This document shows, piece after piece, positions 22,555 to 32,894 of a DNA stretch of 64,000 nucleotides. Under the pieces are notes generated by a model. It was not told where the DNA came from, did no database searches, and saw only the letters and a program-made list of their open reading frames with translations. Positions within the stretch are counted from its first letter, which is position 1. Every line of letters begins with the position of its first letter. Source of the DNA: an uncultured Pseudomonadota bacterium (GTDB lineage: Bacteria > Pseudomonadota > Gammaproteobacteria > Xanthomonadales > Wenzhouxiangellaceae). Location: positions 960-64,959 of the forward strand of contig CALNZT010000001.1 of assembly GCA_942491245.1 (NCBI GenBank), given 5' to 3'. The position numbers were made by a program, and so were the translations under genes.

Positions 22555-22932
22555 ATGCAGCTGACAGAACACAAACCCGGCGATCACCACGTCGTTCGTC
22601 GAGTTCAATCCGATTCAATTCAGATCGACCAGGAGCACTATCAGCGTAGCCTGATCCTGGGCGCGCGTCTGCTCGACAGTGATTGGCCGGTTCAGTCCTA
22701 CGCCGACCTGAACGCTGCAACCATCGCTCCGCTGATCGAACATCGGCCGGAGCTGGTGTTGCTGGGTTTTGGTGAGCGTCAGAGCTTTCCCTCAATCGAG
22801 ATTCAACGGGAATTCCTGCGGGCCGGCATCGGGTTGGAGTGCATGACCCTGGACGCTGCGGCGCGCACCTTCAACGTATTGATGAGCGAAAACCGACGCG
22901 CCCTCGCCGGCTTCATCCTGCCTGAGAGCTGA
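22555..22932 (+). CDS. Mth938-like domain protein (DUF498)
   Basis: PELVLLGFG, GIGLECM, AAARTFNVLMSENR. Confidence 0.85.
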   Translation: MQLTEHKPGDHHVVRRVQSDSIQIDQEHYQRSLILGARLLDSDWPVQSYADLNAATIAPLIEHRPELVLLGFGERQSFPSIEIQREFLRAGIGLECMTLDAAARTFNVLMSENRRALAGFILPES

Positions 22933-22949
22933 ACCGCACCTCGCCAAGC

Positions 22950-23339
22950 TCAGCGCAAAGCTGCGGGGTTCATATCATCATCAACGGCGACCATCACCAG
23001 ACGACCTTCGATAGCCAGACTCTGGTCACCGCTCTGGCAATCTTCAACCATGATCCTGACCATAACGGTCATCGATGTCCGCCCGACGCGCTCGATATCG
23101 CCGATCAACTCCACGATCGCACCCACCGGGATCGGCACCTTGAAATCGACGCGGTCCATCGACACGGTCACGACCTGGCAGCGCGCATAGCGGGTTGCGG
23201 TCAGAAAGGCGACCTCATCCATCCAGTGCAGCGCATTGCCGCCGTAAAGCGTACCGAGGGGGTTGGTGTCGTGCGGGAACACCAGTTTGGTGATTCTGGT
23301 CTGCGAATCCCTGATTCGCTGTGTCCTGGATTCGCTCAT
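22950..23339 (-). CDS. Acyl-CoA thioesterase (hotdog fold)
   Basis: VFPHDTNPLGTLYGG...MDE, VGRTSM. Confidence 0.9.
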   Translation of the reverse strand: MSESRTQRIRDSQTRITKLVFPHDTNPLGTLYGGNALHWMDEVAFLTATRYARCQVVTVSMDRVDFKVPIPVGAIVELIGDIERVGRTSMTVMVRIMVEDCQSGDQSLAIEGRLVMVAVDDDMNPAALR

Positions 23340-23501
23340 TGCTCGAGAAGACAACCTGCAAGTCATGCGTGGGAGCCTGCAGTGTACCCGCCCGTGCAGA
23401 TATCGGCCAGAACTCGACCAGAAACCGACTAGCACAAGACGAATCCGCCGATGGCCAGCCCCGCGGTGGGGCCGGCCGTCAGGGTTATGATCAAGCCTTG
23501 A

Positions 23502-24056
23502 TCAAGCGGCCTGATTCAGTGCTTCGGTGTCGCGGGTCTCGAGAACGCCGGACACTGCATGAATGACTGAAGCAATGCGAACGGCATGCTGGATCACTTC
23601 GGAATGCATATTGGCTTTCTTCAGCATTTTTTCATGGCTATCCACGCACATGCCACAGCCATTGATAGCCGATACGGCAAGCGACACGAGTTCGAAATCA
23701 ACTTTGTCGATCCCCGGATTCCCGATCACGCTCATCCGCAGTTTGGCGGGCATCTGACGATATTCTTCGTTCGAGGTGAGATGCAGGAAACGGTAGTAGA
23801 TGTTGTTCATGCCCATGATCGCGGCGGCAGCGCGCGCGGCATCCAGGCTCTGCTGGTCAAGATGCTCGGAGGCTTCGGAAGCAACGGCATCGATGACCGT
23901 CTTGTTCTTGCAGGTGATGGCCGTCGCCAGCGCGGTCAACCAGACCTGCTGCTCCGACATTCCAGCTGCCTGCTCCACGTCCAGCACGTTGCCAAGATTG
24001 ATTTTCAGGTCTTTGGCGTAATCAGGGATTTCGCGTTTCAGATTAACGATGCTCAT
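23502..24056 (-). CDS. ahpD: Alkyl hydroperoxide reductase AhpD
   Basis: PDYAKDLKINL, MGMNNIYYRF, AVSAINGCGMCVDSHE (CxxC). Confidence 0.92.
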   Translation of the reverse strand: MSIVNLKREIPDYAKDLKINLGNVLDVEQAAGMSEQQVWLTALATAITCKNKTVIDAVASEASEHLDQQSLDAARAAAAIMGMNNIYYRFLHLTSNEEYRQMPAKLRMSVIGNPGIDKVDFELVSLAVSAINGCGMCVDSHEKMLKKANMHSEVIQHAVRIASVIHAVSGVLETRDTEALNQAA

Positions 24057-24097
24057 TTCTAGTTCCTCTCGTCGATCAAGTGTTCGGGGGTAACTGC

Positions 24098-24134
24098 AAA
24101 AAAATCGGGCCCCGAACATGTATCCGGGGCCCGG
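24098..24134 (-). terminator. Terminator-like hairpin between ahpC and ahpD
   Basis: Minus strand CGGGCCCCG-loop-CGGGGCCCG-A-T7. Confidence 0.7.
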
Positions 24135-24172
24135 TTTCATCACCGATCACATGCTGTGATCAGCAGGAACGA

Positions 24173-24712
24173 TCAGGCGGCGCGCAGGTGGTCTTCGCCC
24201 GGCTGCCAGTTGCACGGGCACAGTTCATCTGACTGCAGCGCGTCAAGGATGCGCAGGGTTTCTTTCGGGTTGCGTCCGACGTTCATGTCGGTGACCGAAA
24301 CGTGGCGAATAATGCCCTGCGGATCGACCAGGTAGGTCGCGCGCATGGCAACGCCCTCTTCCGGATGCAGAATCCCGAGGGTAGATGACAGTTCGCGCTT
24401 GACGTCTGCCAGCATCGGAATCTGCAGGTCACGCAGGTCATCATGGCTGTTGCGCCAGGCCAGGTGGACGAATTCCGTGTCAGTGCTCGCCGCCAGGACG
24501 ACGCAATCGCGATCCGCGAAGTCTTCAGCCAGATCACCGTAAGCCTTGATCTCGGTCGGGCAAACGAAAGTGAAATCCTTGGGGTAGAAGAAGACCAGCT
24601 GCCACTTGTCTTCGAAATCGCTGTTTGAAATATCTGCAAAGCCTGATTCGATGTCGGTTCCGACGCAGGCTTTCAGCTGGTAACTCGGGAATTGATCACC
24701 AATGGTCAACAT
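24173..24712 (-). CDS. ahpC: Peroxiredoxin AhpC
   Basis: YPKDFTFVCPTE, VGRN, LCPCNW. Confidence 0.95.
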   Translation of the reverse strand: MLTIGDQFPSYQLKACVGTDIESGFADISNSDFEDKWQLVFFYPKDFTFVCPTEIKAYGDLAEDFADRDCVVLAASTDTEFVHLAWRNSHDDLRDLQIPMLADVKRELSSTLGILHPEEGVAMRATYLVDPQGIIRHVSVTDMNVGRNPKETLRILDALQSDELCPCNWQPGEDHLRAA

Positions 24713-24830
24713 GAAACGTTTCTCCTGATGGTAGTAGTCGTTTAGGGGTATTAATGCGGGTTGCCGATGATGCTTCATCGAAATCACGCGCGATCCTACC
24801 CCTATATGGATTCGATTGACGTGAATACAA

Positions 24831-24867
24831 ATTGAGATTAGCTATCGCTTGGATAGGCAACGGCTAT
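24831..24867. promoter_or_regulatory. OxyR operator
   Basis: ATTG-N7-CTAT-N7-ATAG-N7-CTAT, one mismatch from ATAG-N7-CTAT-N7-ATAG-N7-CTAT, between divergent ahpC and oxyR. Confidence 0.85.
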
Positions 24868-24958
24868 ATCAGAGCGAAAACCGATAAACAACGCCTCTCA
24901 ATTGTCGGAATCTATTAGAATGTGAGCATCAATAGCTTAATTAAATCGAGAGTTCGCC

Positions 24959-25885
24959 TTGAATATTCGCGCACTGCACTACCTCGTGACCCTCGCCGAC
25001 GTTCGCCACTTCAGCAAAGCCGCTGAACACTGCTTCGTCAGTCAACCCACGCTCAGCACCCAGATCCGCAAGCTGGAAGAAGAGCTGGACGTCCAACTTG
25101 TCGAGCGCTCACCGCGTCAGGTCATGCTGACCCGCGTCGGCCAGGAAATCGTAGAACGTTCGCGCAATATCCTCGGCGAAGTCGATGCCATCCGCTCGAT
25201 CGCCCGCCGCGCACGAGACCCGGATAGCGGCACATTGCGCCTGGGGATCTTCCCGACCCTTGCGCCGTATTTCCTGCCGCACGTGATTCCGGAACTGCGC
25301 CGCCGCTACCCCAAACTAAAGCTGCGCCTGTTCGAGGAAAAGACCGAAGACCTGTTGGCCATGCTGTCCGAAGGCCGCCTGGACGCCGGCCTGCTGGCGC
25401 TTCCAGTGTCAGATGACGGGCTGGTGACCCGTCGCCTGTTCGAAGAGCCCTTCGTGGTCGCCATGCCCGAGCACCATCCGCTGGCCGCTCGATCCCACAT
25501 CCGAATGCAGGATCTTGAATCTCAGGAATTGCTGTTGCTTTCGGACGGACACTGTCTGCGCGACCACGCGCTGGAGGTCTGCCAGATGAGCGGGGCTCAT
25601 GAAAAACTGGATTTTCATGCAACCAGCATGGAAACCTTACGCCAGATGGTCGCCGCCAATACGGGCATCACACTGATGCCCACATTGGCCGTCAAACCGC
25701 CGGTGGCGCCGACAGACAATCTGGTGACTCGCCCGTTCGATGCCGGTGGACCCAAGCGCACCATTGCCATGGCCTGGAGAAAAACCTCGGCACTCGCGGA
25801 TTTCCTGTCCGATATCGCCGAGATGTTCTCGGCCATCGATCCGGCGCTCTTGACGCCCGCCCTGAGTCCTGAGTCCCGAGCATGA
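24959..25885 (+). CDS. oxyR: Hydrogen peroxide-sensing LysR regulator OxyR
   Basis: LysR HTH CFVSQPTLS; GHCLRDHALEVC with both redox cysteines; ATSMETLRQMV. Confidence 0.95.
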   Translation: MNIRALHYLVTLADVRHFSKAAEHCFVSQPTLSTQIRKLEEELDVQLVERSPRQVMLTRVGQEIVERSRNILGEVDAIRSIARRARDPDSGTLRLGIFPTLAPYFLPHVIPELRRRYPKLKLRLFEEKTEDLLAMLSEGRLDAGLLALPVSDDGLVTRRLFEEPFVVAMPEHHPLAARSHIRMQDLESQELLLLSDGHCLRDHALEVCQMSGAHEKLDFHATSMETLRQMVAANTGITLMPTLAVKPPVAPTDNLVTRPFDAGGPKRTIAMAWRKTSALADFLSDIAEMFSAIDPALLTPALSPESRA

Positions 25886-25912
25886 GAACTCAGAACTCAG
25901 GGCAGCTGAAGA

Positions 25913-26968
25913 TCAATCCGCTTCGGGCTCCAGATCCACCAGCACGTCTTCCAGGCGGCCCGTCATCTGACCGAACTTCGCACTCGGCAGCTTGAAGGCC
26001 CAGGGCGACAAACGTGCGTCGACGGCTGCCGCATCTGCACTGATCGATGCGTCTTCGTCAGTGAGTTCAGCATCCTCGATGCTTGCAGCCACATCGGCCG
26101 AGACCGAGAAGTTGACCCAACCCCCTTGCTCGTCCTCGAACAGGGTGGCGACGAAGTTCAGGCCGTCTCTGGTCACGAATAATGCAGCACTGCTGCTCTC
26201 GGGGCTGGATTCATAGCGGCGGACATCTTCAAGCTGAACGTTGCTCAAGGCGTTGGCGAAGGAATTCAGACGCCAGGCTGGCTCGGCCTCGCGGCCTTCC
26301 GGCACGTTCATCAGAACCCATTGGTTGCCCGTCTCGTCGGCCGGACGCAACTGCACGACCTCACCGTCGGCGTGGCGCAGCGTGATTTCGGCCAGCTCGG
26401 AAGCCGGAATATCCATGACCGACCGCTGCAACCAATCCAGAATCGTCGGCGGCACGCTGATCTCGCGATCGCTGAGCCAGACCTGCTCCTCATTGGCCAG
26501 ACGAACGAACCGCGACTGGCCGGCAGGACCAGCACGACCAATGATCACGGCGGGAAGCTCGGTGCCTGGAAATCCGATCTGGAAGCTGGCCTCTGATCCA
26601 TCGCTCTGCAAGCTTGCGCCAGCAACACCAAGACGCTCATACCAGTCCGGGTTGGAAGTTCTTGGTTCAGCACGTTCGCCGGCGGCGAGATCCCGAAGCA
26701 GCTGATAGACCAGTTCGAAGTCAGCTTCATACGCTTCAGCGTTCTCGACTCGCCAGCGCTCATCCGAGCGAATCAGACGAATGGGCTCGTCGGCACCCGT
26801 ATCGATCTGCAGCCGTTCGATGTCGTTAACCTGATCCTTCAGCCCTGGCACTAGCGCCTGCGCTTCGATCAGATCAGGGTTCATCGTGTCGGGCCGGCTG
26901 AGCAAGAGCGCCAGACCCAGCGCCAGGACGGTTGCTGCGATCAGAAGAAAAAATTTCGAGCGCTTCAT
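25913..26968 (-). CDS. DUF4340 domain protein
   Basis: N-terminal TM/signal and two similar periplasmic domains; last gene of the Gld-like ABC operon. Confidence 0.75.
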   Translation of the reverse strand: MKRSKFFLLIAATVLALGLALLLSRPDTMNPDLIEAQALVPGLKDQVNDIERLQIDTGADEPIRLIRSDERWRVENAEAYEADFELVYQLLRDLAAGERAEPRTSNPDWYERLGVAGASLQSDGSEASFQIGFPGTELPAVIIGRAGPAGQSRFVRLANEEQVWLSDREISVPPTILDWLQRSVMDIPASELAEITLRHADGEVVQLRPADETGNQWVLMNVPEGREAEPAWRLNSFANALSNVQLEDVRRYESSPESSSAALFVTRDGLNFVATLFEDEQGGWVNFSVSADVAASIEDAELTDEDASISADAAAVDARLSPWAFKLPSAKFGQMTGRLEDVLVDLEPEAD

Positions 26969-28814
26969 GCCGCACCTCCCGTGCGCGATTGCTCGCGTCG
27001 ACGACGCCACGCCATCCACAGCGCAAACAGCGTAACGAGCGCCGGCATCAGGGCGATATTGATCGCCTTCACCCGTGTGCCCAGCGCTTCGATATCACGA
27101 TCCAGATCGCGCCGAACCTGGCGTAATTGACGCCGGATGTCGATGCGCTGCTCCACGAAGCGGTCGATTTCTGCTTCCTGCTCTGCGGTCAGAACACTCA
27201 GATCCGTATCTCCCCTGGCCTGCTGCAGATCGGTCAGACGCTGCTCGGTTTCGGCCAGCTCGGCTTCCAGGCCTTGTTCGGTGGCGCGCAGATTCTGTTC
27301 TGCCTCACGCCGTAAATCGTCGACCAGGTGGAAGGGTCGGGTCGAGGTGGCGCGACTGCGCACGCTGATCAGATCAGCATTGCCCAGCAGATTGTCAATG
27401 GCGTTGATGACGAAGTCGCCGTTATTGGCAAACGGATTGAGCAAGGTCTGTCCAAAGAACTGCTGACGCTGCACCCAGTATCGATCGGCCAGCAGATCCG
27501 CATCGGCAACCACAATGACATTGATTTCGCCGCTGGGGAGCTGATCAGCACCTTCCTCGGCAAACGCGCTGCTGACCGTCCCGGAGAGACGCGCTGCGAT
27601 GGTCAGGTGCTCATCACCCGGGGCGACCTCGGCAATCAGCTCGGTCGGATCAGCCAGGAAGCGCAGGCGCTCCGCATCGAGCAGCCCGGACTGGGCGCTT
27701 GATTGAATCAGCGGCTGCAGGGTCAACGGACTGTCATCGGTCAGCGCGATTGCACCAGCGCTAGACAGATTGATGGTTTCAAGTTCGCCGGTGACCACAT
27801 CGTCACTATCAAGATTTTCAGCGCTTACGCCGATGATCGCGGGGTGGCGAACGGGTGGCCGCCCCTGCTGCAGACTGACCTGCAGTGCCTGTCCAAGATC
27901 GGCAACAAACTGCGTGCGGTCGTAGTCCACGCCCCAGGCCGCGAAGAGCTCATCAAGCCCGGAATCGCGTTCGGCTGTCAAGCCTGCCATCGGGTCAGAG
28001 GGATCACTGCCTTGATCGACTTCAGCGTAGGGATCGACGAAAACCAGGAGACGCCCGCCGCCAAGAACGAACGCATCGATCGCGCGCATCATGGATTCGG
28101 ACAGTTCCTTGGGATGAACCAAGGCCAGGACGTCGATATCCGTCGGCAAGGCGGTGGCCGTCGAATCAATCGTCTCGATCGCGAACTGCTGGTTGATCTG
28201 GGTGTAGATGGCCCACGGCTCCCGCGGCTGACGGGTCTGCATATCGAAGCCACCACTCATCGGCAGGCCCGTGATCAGGCCAACCTTGGGCAGATCGGGC
28301 TGCGACAGGCTGTAGATCATCCGCGCCAGCTCATACTCGAGGAAGGACTCCCGAGCCGGCGACAGGAAGGGCAGCACTTCAAGACCGTCGAGCAGGTTGG
28401 TTCCGGCAATCCCCAGATAGAGACTGTCGCCCCCGCGTCCGGTCGGGACACCTTCGAGGCCGTAGCGTGCCGCGTCGTCTTCCTGTTCCGAAAACGGCGC
28501 CGGATCGATTCGTTCGATGGTCAGATTGCCGTCGGATTGAGCCGCCATTTCATCCAGCAGCTCCTGGACCCGGCGGGCATAGTTCCTGACCATTGGAAAG
28601 TCCGCACTCGCGTCTTCGCTGAAGTAGAAACTGAGCGTGATCGGTTCCTCGATGGATTCGATCAGGTTCACCGTGCCCGCAGACAGCGTGTAGAGCTTGT
28701 TTTCAGTCAGATCAAGTCGCGCAGGCCCTTGAAGAGTACGCCAGTGAGCATCGTCAGGGCCAGAAACAGCACGGCCAACAAGGCGAGCGCACCGGTTGAA
28801 TACCAGTTCTTCAT
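26965..28814 (-). CDS. GldG-like ABC auxiliary component, frameshift near 28720
   Basis: MKNWYSTGALALL...LDLTENKLYTLSAGT; GGRLLVFVDP, VVADADLL, NGDFVINAIDNL; C-terminal coiled coil and TM. Confidence 0.85.
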
Positions 28815-28819
28815 CGTCT

Positions 28820-29553
28820 TCAGTCCGCCTTTTTCAGTTCAAGAACAATTCGGTTGGCGAGTAGCCAGAAACCGATCACCAGCGCGAAATACATCAGGTC
28901 GCGCAGATCCACAACGCCCCGGGAAATCGAGTTGTAGTGGAGCAGAAAACTCAGATTGGCAATTGCATCCAGGATGGCCTGCGGCAGCCAGCCCCGGAAC
29001 ACTTCCAGCACCATGGGCAGGCCTGAAAGCAGGAACAGGAAGCACACCACCACCGCGAGAATGAAGGCCACCACCTGATTCTTGGTCGCGGCCGACAGGC
29101 AGGCGCTGATGGCAAGAAAGCCACCTGCCATCAACCAGCTGCCCAGATAAGCGGCAGAATCGCGCCGTTGTCAGGATCACCGAGGACGTTGACGGTAATC
29201 CAGATCGGGAAGGTCAGGAACAGCGCCAGCCCGACGAACAGCCAGGCAGCCAGGAACTTGCCCAGGACCGCCTCGGTCGCTGTGATCGGCAGCGTCAGCA
29301 GCAACTCGACCGTGCCTGACTTGCGCTCTTCGGCCCATAGCCGCATGCCGATAGCCGGCACCAGGAACAGGTAGAGCCAGGGATGGAAGCGGAAGAAGGG
29401 CTCCAGATCGGCAATTTCTCGCTCGTAGAAACCGCCCAGATAGAACGTGAAGGTGGCCGACATCAGCAGGAAGATCACGATGAAGACATAAGCCACGGGG
29501 GTCGCGAAATAGCTCGACAGCTCGCGCTTGAGCACCACGGTCAGATTATTCAT
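28820..29553 (-). CDS. GldF-like ABC permease, frameshift near 29140-29160
   Basis: KRELSSYFATPVAY, MRLWAEERKSGTVELLLTLP; C-terminal half in ORF 28820-29134. Confidence 0.85.
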
Positions 29554-30484
29554 CAGGCTGCCTCCTGTCCGGTAACCGTGCGAAAGACTTCGTCCAGCCG
29601 TCCGGGCTCGAGCTGAATCTGATCAACCTGCCAGCCCTCCTCCCGAACGACGGCCGTTACCGCCTCGAACAGATTGCCCTGCGCGGACGGGAAGACGGTC
29701 AGACCAGGCCACGCCGGACTTCCACTTCCCGCGGCCTCCGGAAGCTCTCCCAGAGCCGAAGCGGCATGCCTCCAGCTCACCCGGGTCACCAGGCTCACTG
29801 CATTGTGCGTAACGAGAGCTCCCAGCAGACCGGCCGGAGTGTCGTCGGCCAGCAGTCGGCCGCGCGCGATGATCATCGCTCGCGAGCACAGGGCATCGAC
29901 TTCTTCGAGGATGTGGGTGGAAACGACGATGATCTTGTCCGGCGCCATGTCGCGGATCAGACGGCGGACCTGCTGCTTCTGGTTCGGGTCCAGGCCATCG
30001 GTCGGTTCATCCAGAATAAGCACCGGAGGATCGTGAAGTATCGCCTGGGCCATGCCGACCCGGCGCTTGAAGCCCTTGGACAGGGTCTCGATGCTCTGGT
30101 GCCGTAGACCTCGCCCAGCTTCAGCCGCTCGATGGCGTTATTGACGCGCGCCGGCCGACGTCTTCACCGCTGAAAGCGCCCGTGCCCGGCGACGAACTTG
30201 AGAAAACGCAGCACGCTCAGCTCACCATACAGCGGCGCGCCCTCGGGCAGATACCCCATTTCTCTGCGCGCGGCCAGTGAATCATCACGAATATCATGAC
30301 CCATGATGGTCGCCGTTCCGCTGGTCGGAGCCAGAAAGCCGGTCAGCATTTTCATGGTGGTGGATTTGCCAGCGCCATTCGGCCCGAGGAAGCCAAGTAC
30401 GGTACCCGGCTCGACCTCGAATGACAGCTGGTCGACAGCACGCGAGGTTCACCATGTCGACTCAGGGATTTTGCTCTCGATCAT
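29553..30484 (-). CDS. GldA-like ABC ATP-binding protein, several frameshifts
   Basis: LGFLGPNGAGKSTTMKML Walker A, LSKGFKRRVG signature, LILDEPTDGLDP Walker B, STH. Confidence 0.85.
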
Positions 30485-30669
30485 TACTCCGTTCCCTATT
30501 GAAAGATTGAACAGGTGGATGTTGTCCGGACACCTTCCCGACGGACTCGGAGCGAGGGTTGGGTTCAAGGCTGGGCTTTTCAAGAGCCAGACTGCAGGCT
30601 CCACCCCTTCCCCCGAACCCGAAATGCGGTTAGCTTATGGGGTTGCGTCTCGCGATTCCAAGGAAACGA

Positions 30670-31738
30670 ATGCAAGCGGCCATACTGGACCATCTGCCCG
30701 ACGGATTGCTGCAACTGCCAGCCCACAGAGCTGAGCAAGCGCCTCGACGGACCCACTCTGATCCACCTGCCCGGCCGAAACCCGCAGCCGCTGTTTGTCT
30801 CCGTGCTGCAGCACGGCAACGAAACCTCGGGCTGGGATGCGGTTCGCCGATTGCTACGCAGTCGCTACCGGCGCGATCCCCTGCCCCGCTCGCTGATTTT
30901 GCTGATCGCCAACGTCGATGCCGCCGCTGCCGGGGTTCGTCATCTGGCGAATCAGCCCGATTTCAATCGCTGCTGGCCCGGGTCGGAAACCCGGCACACC
31001 GGCTGGCACGCCATGTATGGCTCGATTCATGATCACGTGAAACGCTTCAAACCCTTTGCCAGCATCGACATCCATAACAATACCGGCGAGAACCCGCATT
31101 ACGCCGCTGTCAATTCGATCGAAGCCCGGCGACTGCACCTGGCCGCGCTATTCTCACGCACCGTGATCTTTTTTACCCAACCGCTAGGCGTACAGTCGAT
31201 CGCCTTCGGCAAATTCTGCCCGTCGGTCACGCTGGAGTGTGGCCTCGCTGAAAACGAAGACGGCGCCGATCACGCCATGGCATATCTCGACAACGTTCTT
31301 AATCTTCGCGAACTCCCGCAGACCATGCCGAGACCGGATGATCTGGAGCTCTATCGGATGATCGCGACGGTGACCGTCGAGCCTGACGTGGATTTTGCCT
31401 TCAATCACGAGGCTGCAGATCTCTGGCTGCCGCCAGACCTTGATCGCCTCAATTTCTGCGAAATGCCGCCGGGCACCCGCTTGGGTCAGTTGGTCAACGG
31501 CCACCGCAATCCCTTGCGAGCGACCAGCCATGAGGGCGGCGATCTCTCCGCGCACTGCTTCCGGACCCGCGACCGCGATATCATCACGACTCGGCCATTG
31601 ATGCCAGCCATGATGACCACCAATAAGGACATCGTGCGCCAGGATTGTCTGTGTCATCTGATGGAAAGATTCACGCCGAATCATCCAGTTATCGAGGACG
31701 TCTGCGACGAACCCGAGTTGCCGGAGACCTTGCCTTGA
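30670..31738 (+). CDS. M14 family metallopeptidase / succinylglutamate desuccinylase-like, frameshift near 30720
   Basis: AAGGA RBS then MQAAILDHLPDGLL; HGNE, DFNRCW, DIHN and TLECG motifs in ORF 30515-31738. Confidence 0.8.
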
Positions 31739-31749
31739 TGGGAGCCAAC

Positions 31750-31959
31750 ATGAACCTATTTTCAGCTTTTGTCGCCATCGCCTTAATCATCGGCGTGGTC
31801 CGGATCGCCCAGTACTGGTTCGAGAGCCGGAAGGCCAGTGCTGTTGACCATGAACGACTGGACAGGGTCGAGCGGGAACTGCGCGAACGCATCGAAACGC
31901 TGGAACGAATCGTGACCGACCAGCGCGAGCAGCTCAAGCGTCAGATCGACGAGCTCTGA
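31750..31959 (+). CDS. Small single-TM coiled-coil protein (PspB-like)
   Basis: GGAG RBS; TM helix then LRERIETLERIVTD. Confidence 0.65.
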   Translation: MNLFSAFVAIALIIGVVRIAQYWFESRKASAVDHERLDRVERELRERIETLERIVTDQREQLKRQIDEL

Positions 31960-31962
31960 TCG

Positions 31963-32583
31963 ATGAACTCCGAGAATGACCAGGGCCCCAATCGCCTGAT
32001 GTCTCACCCGCTGAGACTGTTCTTCAAGGGCCTGGCGACGATCATCCCGATCGCGCTGACCCTGATCATCTGCTTGTGGCTGGCCGGCATTGCCGAGCGC
32101 GGCTTTGGCGCCATGCTCAAGTGGTTCGTACCGGACAGCTGGTATGTGACCGGCATGGGCCTGGCGATCGGCGTCGTGGCCGTTATGGCAATCGGACTGC
32201 TGAGTCAGGTCTGGTTGTTCCGCAAACTGATCGATCTCGGCGAGGCCTTCCTCGACCGCATGCCGGTGGTCAAGTCGGTATTCCGAGCGACCAAGGACTT
32301 TGTGGACTACTTCTCGAGCGGCGACCAGAAGCGCTTCAACCAGGTCGTCATGGTGCGCCACCCGGATCTCAAGCTGTCCTTGATGGGCTTCGTCACGCGC
32401 GAGGACTTCAGCGACCTGCCCTTCGGCAAGGAAGGCGAAGTCGCCGTCTACCTGCCGCTGAGCTATCAGGTGGCCGGCTACACGGTTTTCGTACCAAAGG
32501 AATGGTGCGAGCCGATCGACATGCCCTTCGAAGATGCCGTTCGGCTGATCCTGACAGCCGCGATGACGCGCCGGAGCAGCTAG
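31963..32583 (+). CDS. DUF502 domain membrane protein
   Basis: FFKGLATIIPIALT, RMPVVKSVF, MGFVT, VYLPLSYQVAG. Confidence 0.85.
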   Translation: MNSENDQGPNRLMSHPLRLFFKGLATIIPIALTLIICLWLAGIAERGFGAMLKWFVPDSWYVTGMGLAIGVVAVMAIGLLSQVWLFRKLIDLGEAFLDRMPVVKSVFRATKDFVDYFSSGDQKRFNQVVMVRHPDLKLSLMGFVTREDFSDLPFGKEGEVAVYLPLSYQVAGYTVFVPKEWCEPIDMPFEDAVRLILTAAMTRRSS

Positions 32584-32835
32584 AAGGCCTGAGATTGATG
32601 CATCAAGACGGCACGCGGGGCCGTTCAGCCATGACTGTTTACTCCCAGCAATCTGCCTTTGACTCCCAGTCGGTGCTTAAAACTTTGAAGAAAAGTGCAA
32701 GACCATGCCTCATTTACCCCGTGGCTTGATGACCCGAACGCTTGCAAGGGAGGGCAAGACGGTTTTTCGAGGCCGAGTCATGCCGGACTCGGGCATTCCA
32801 TTTTCGGGGTAATTTCCGGGGTGGCTTAATTGAAG

Positions 32836-32864
32836 AAAAGGCCCGGTCAGTGCCGGGCCTTTTT
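32836..32864. terminator. Bidirectional intrinsic terminator
   Basis: AAAAGGCCCGG-TCAGTG-CCGGGCCTTTT. Confidence 0.8.
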
Positions 32865-32894
32865 CCTTACCTCTGGGCAAGCGGCTCGCGGCGA

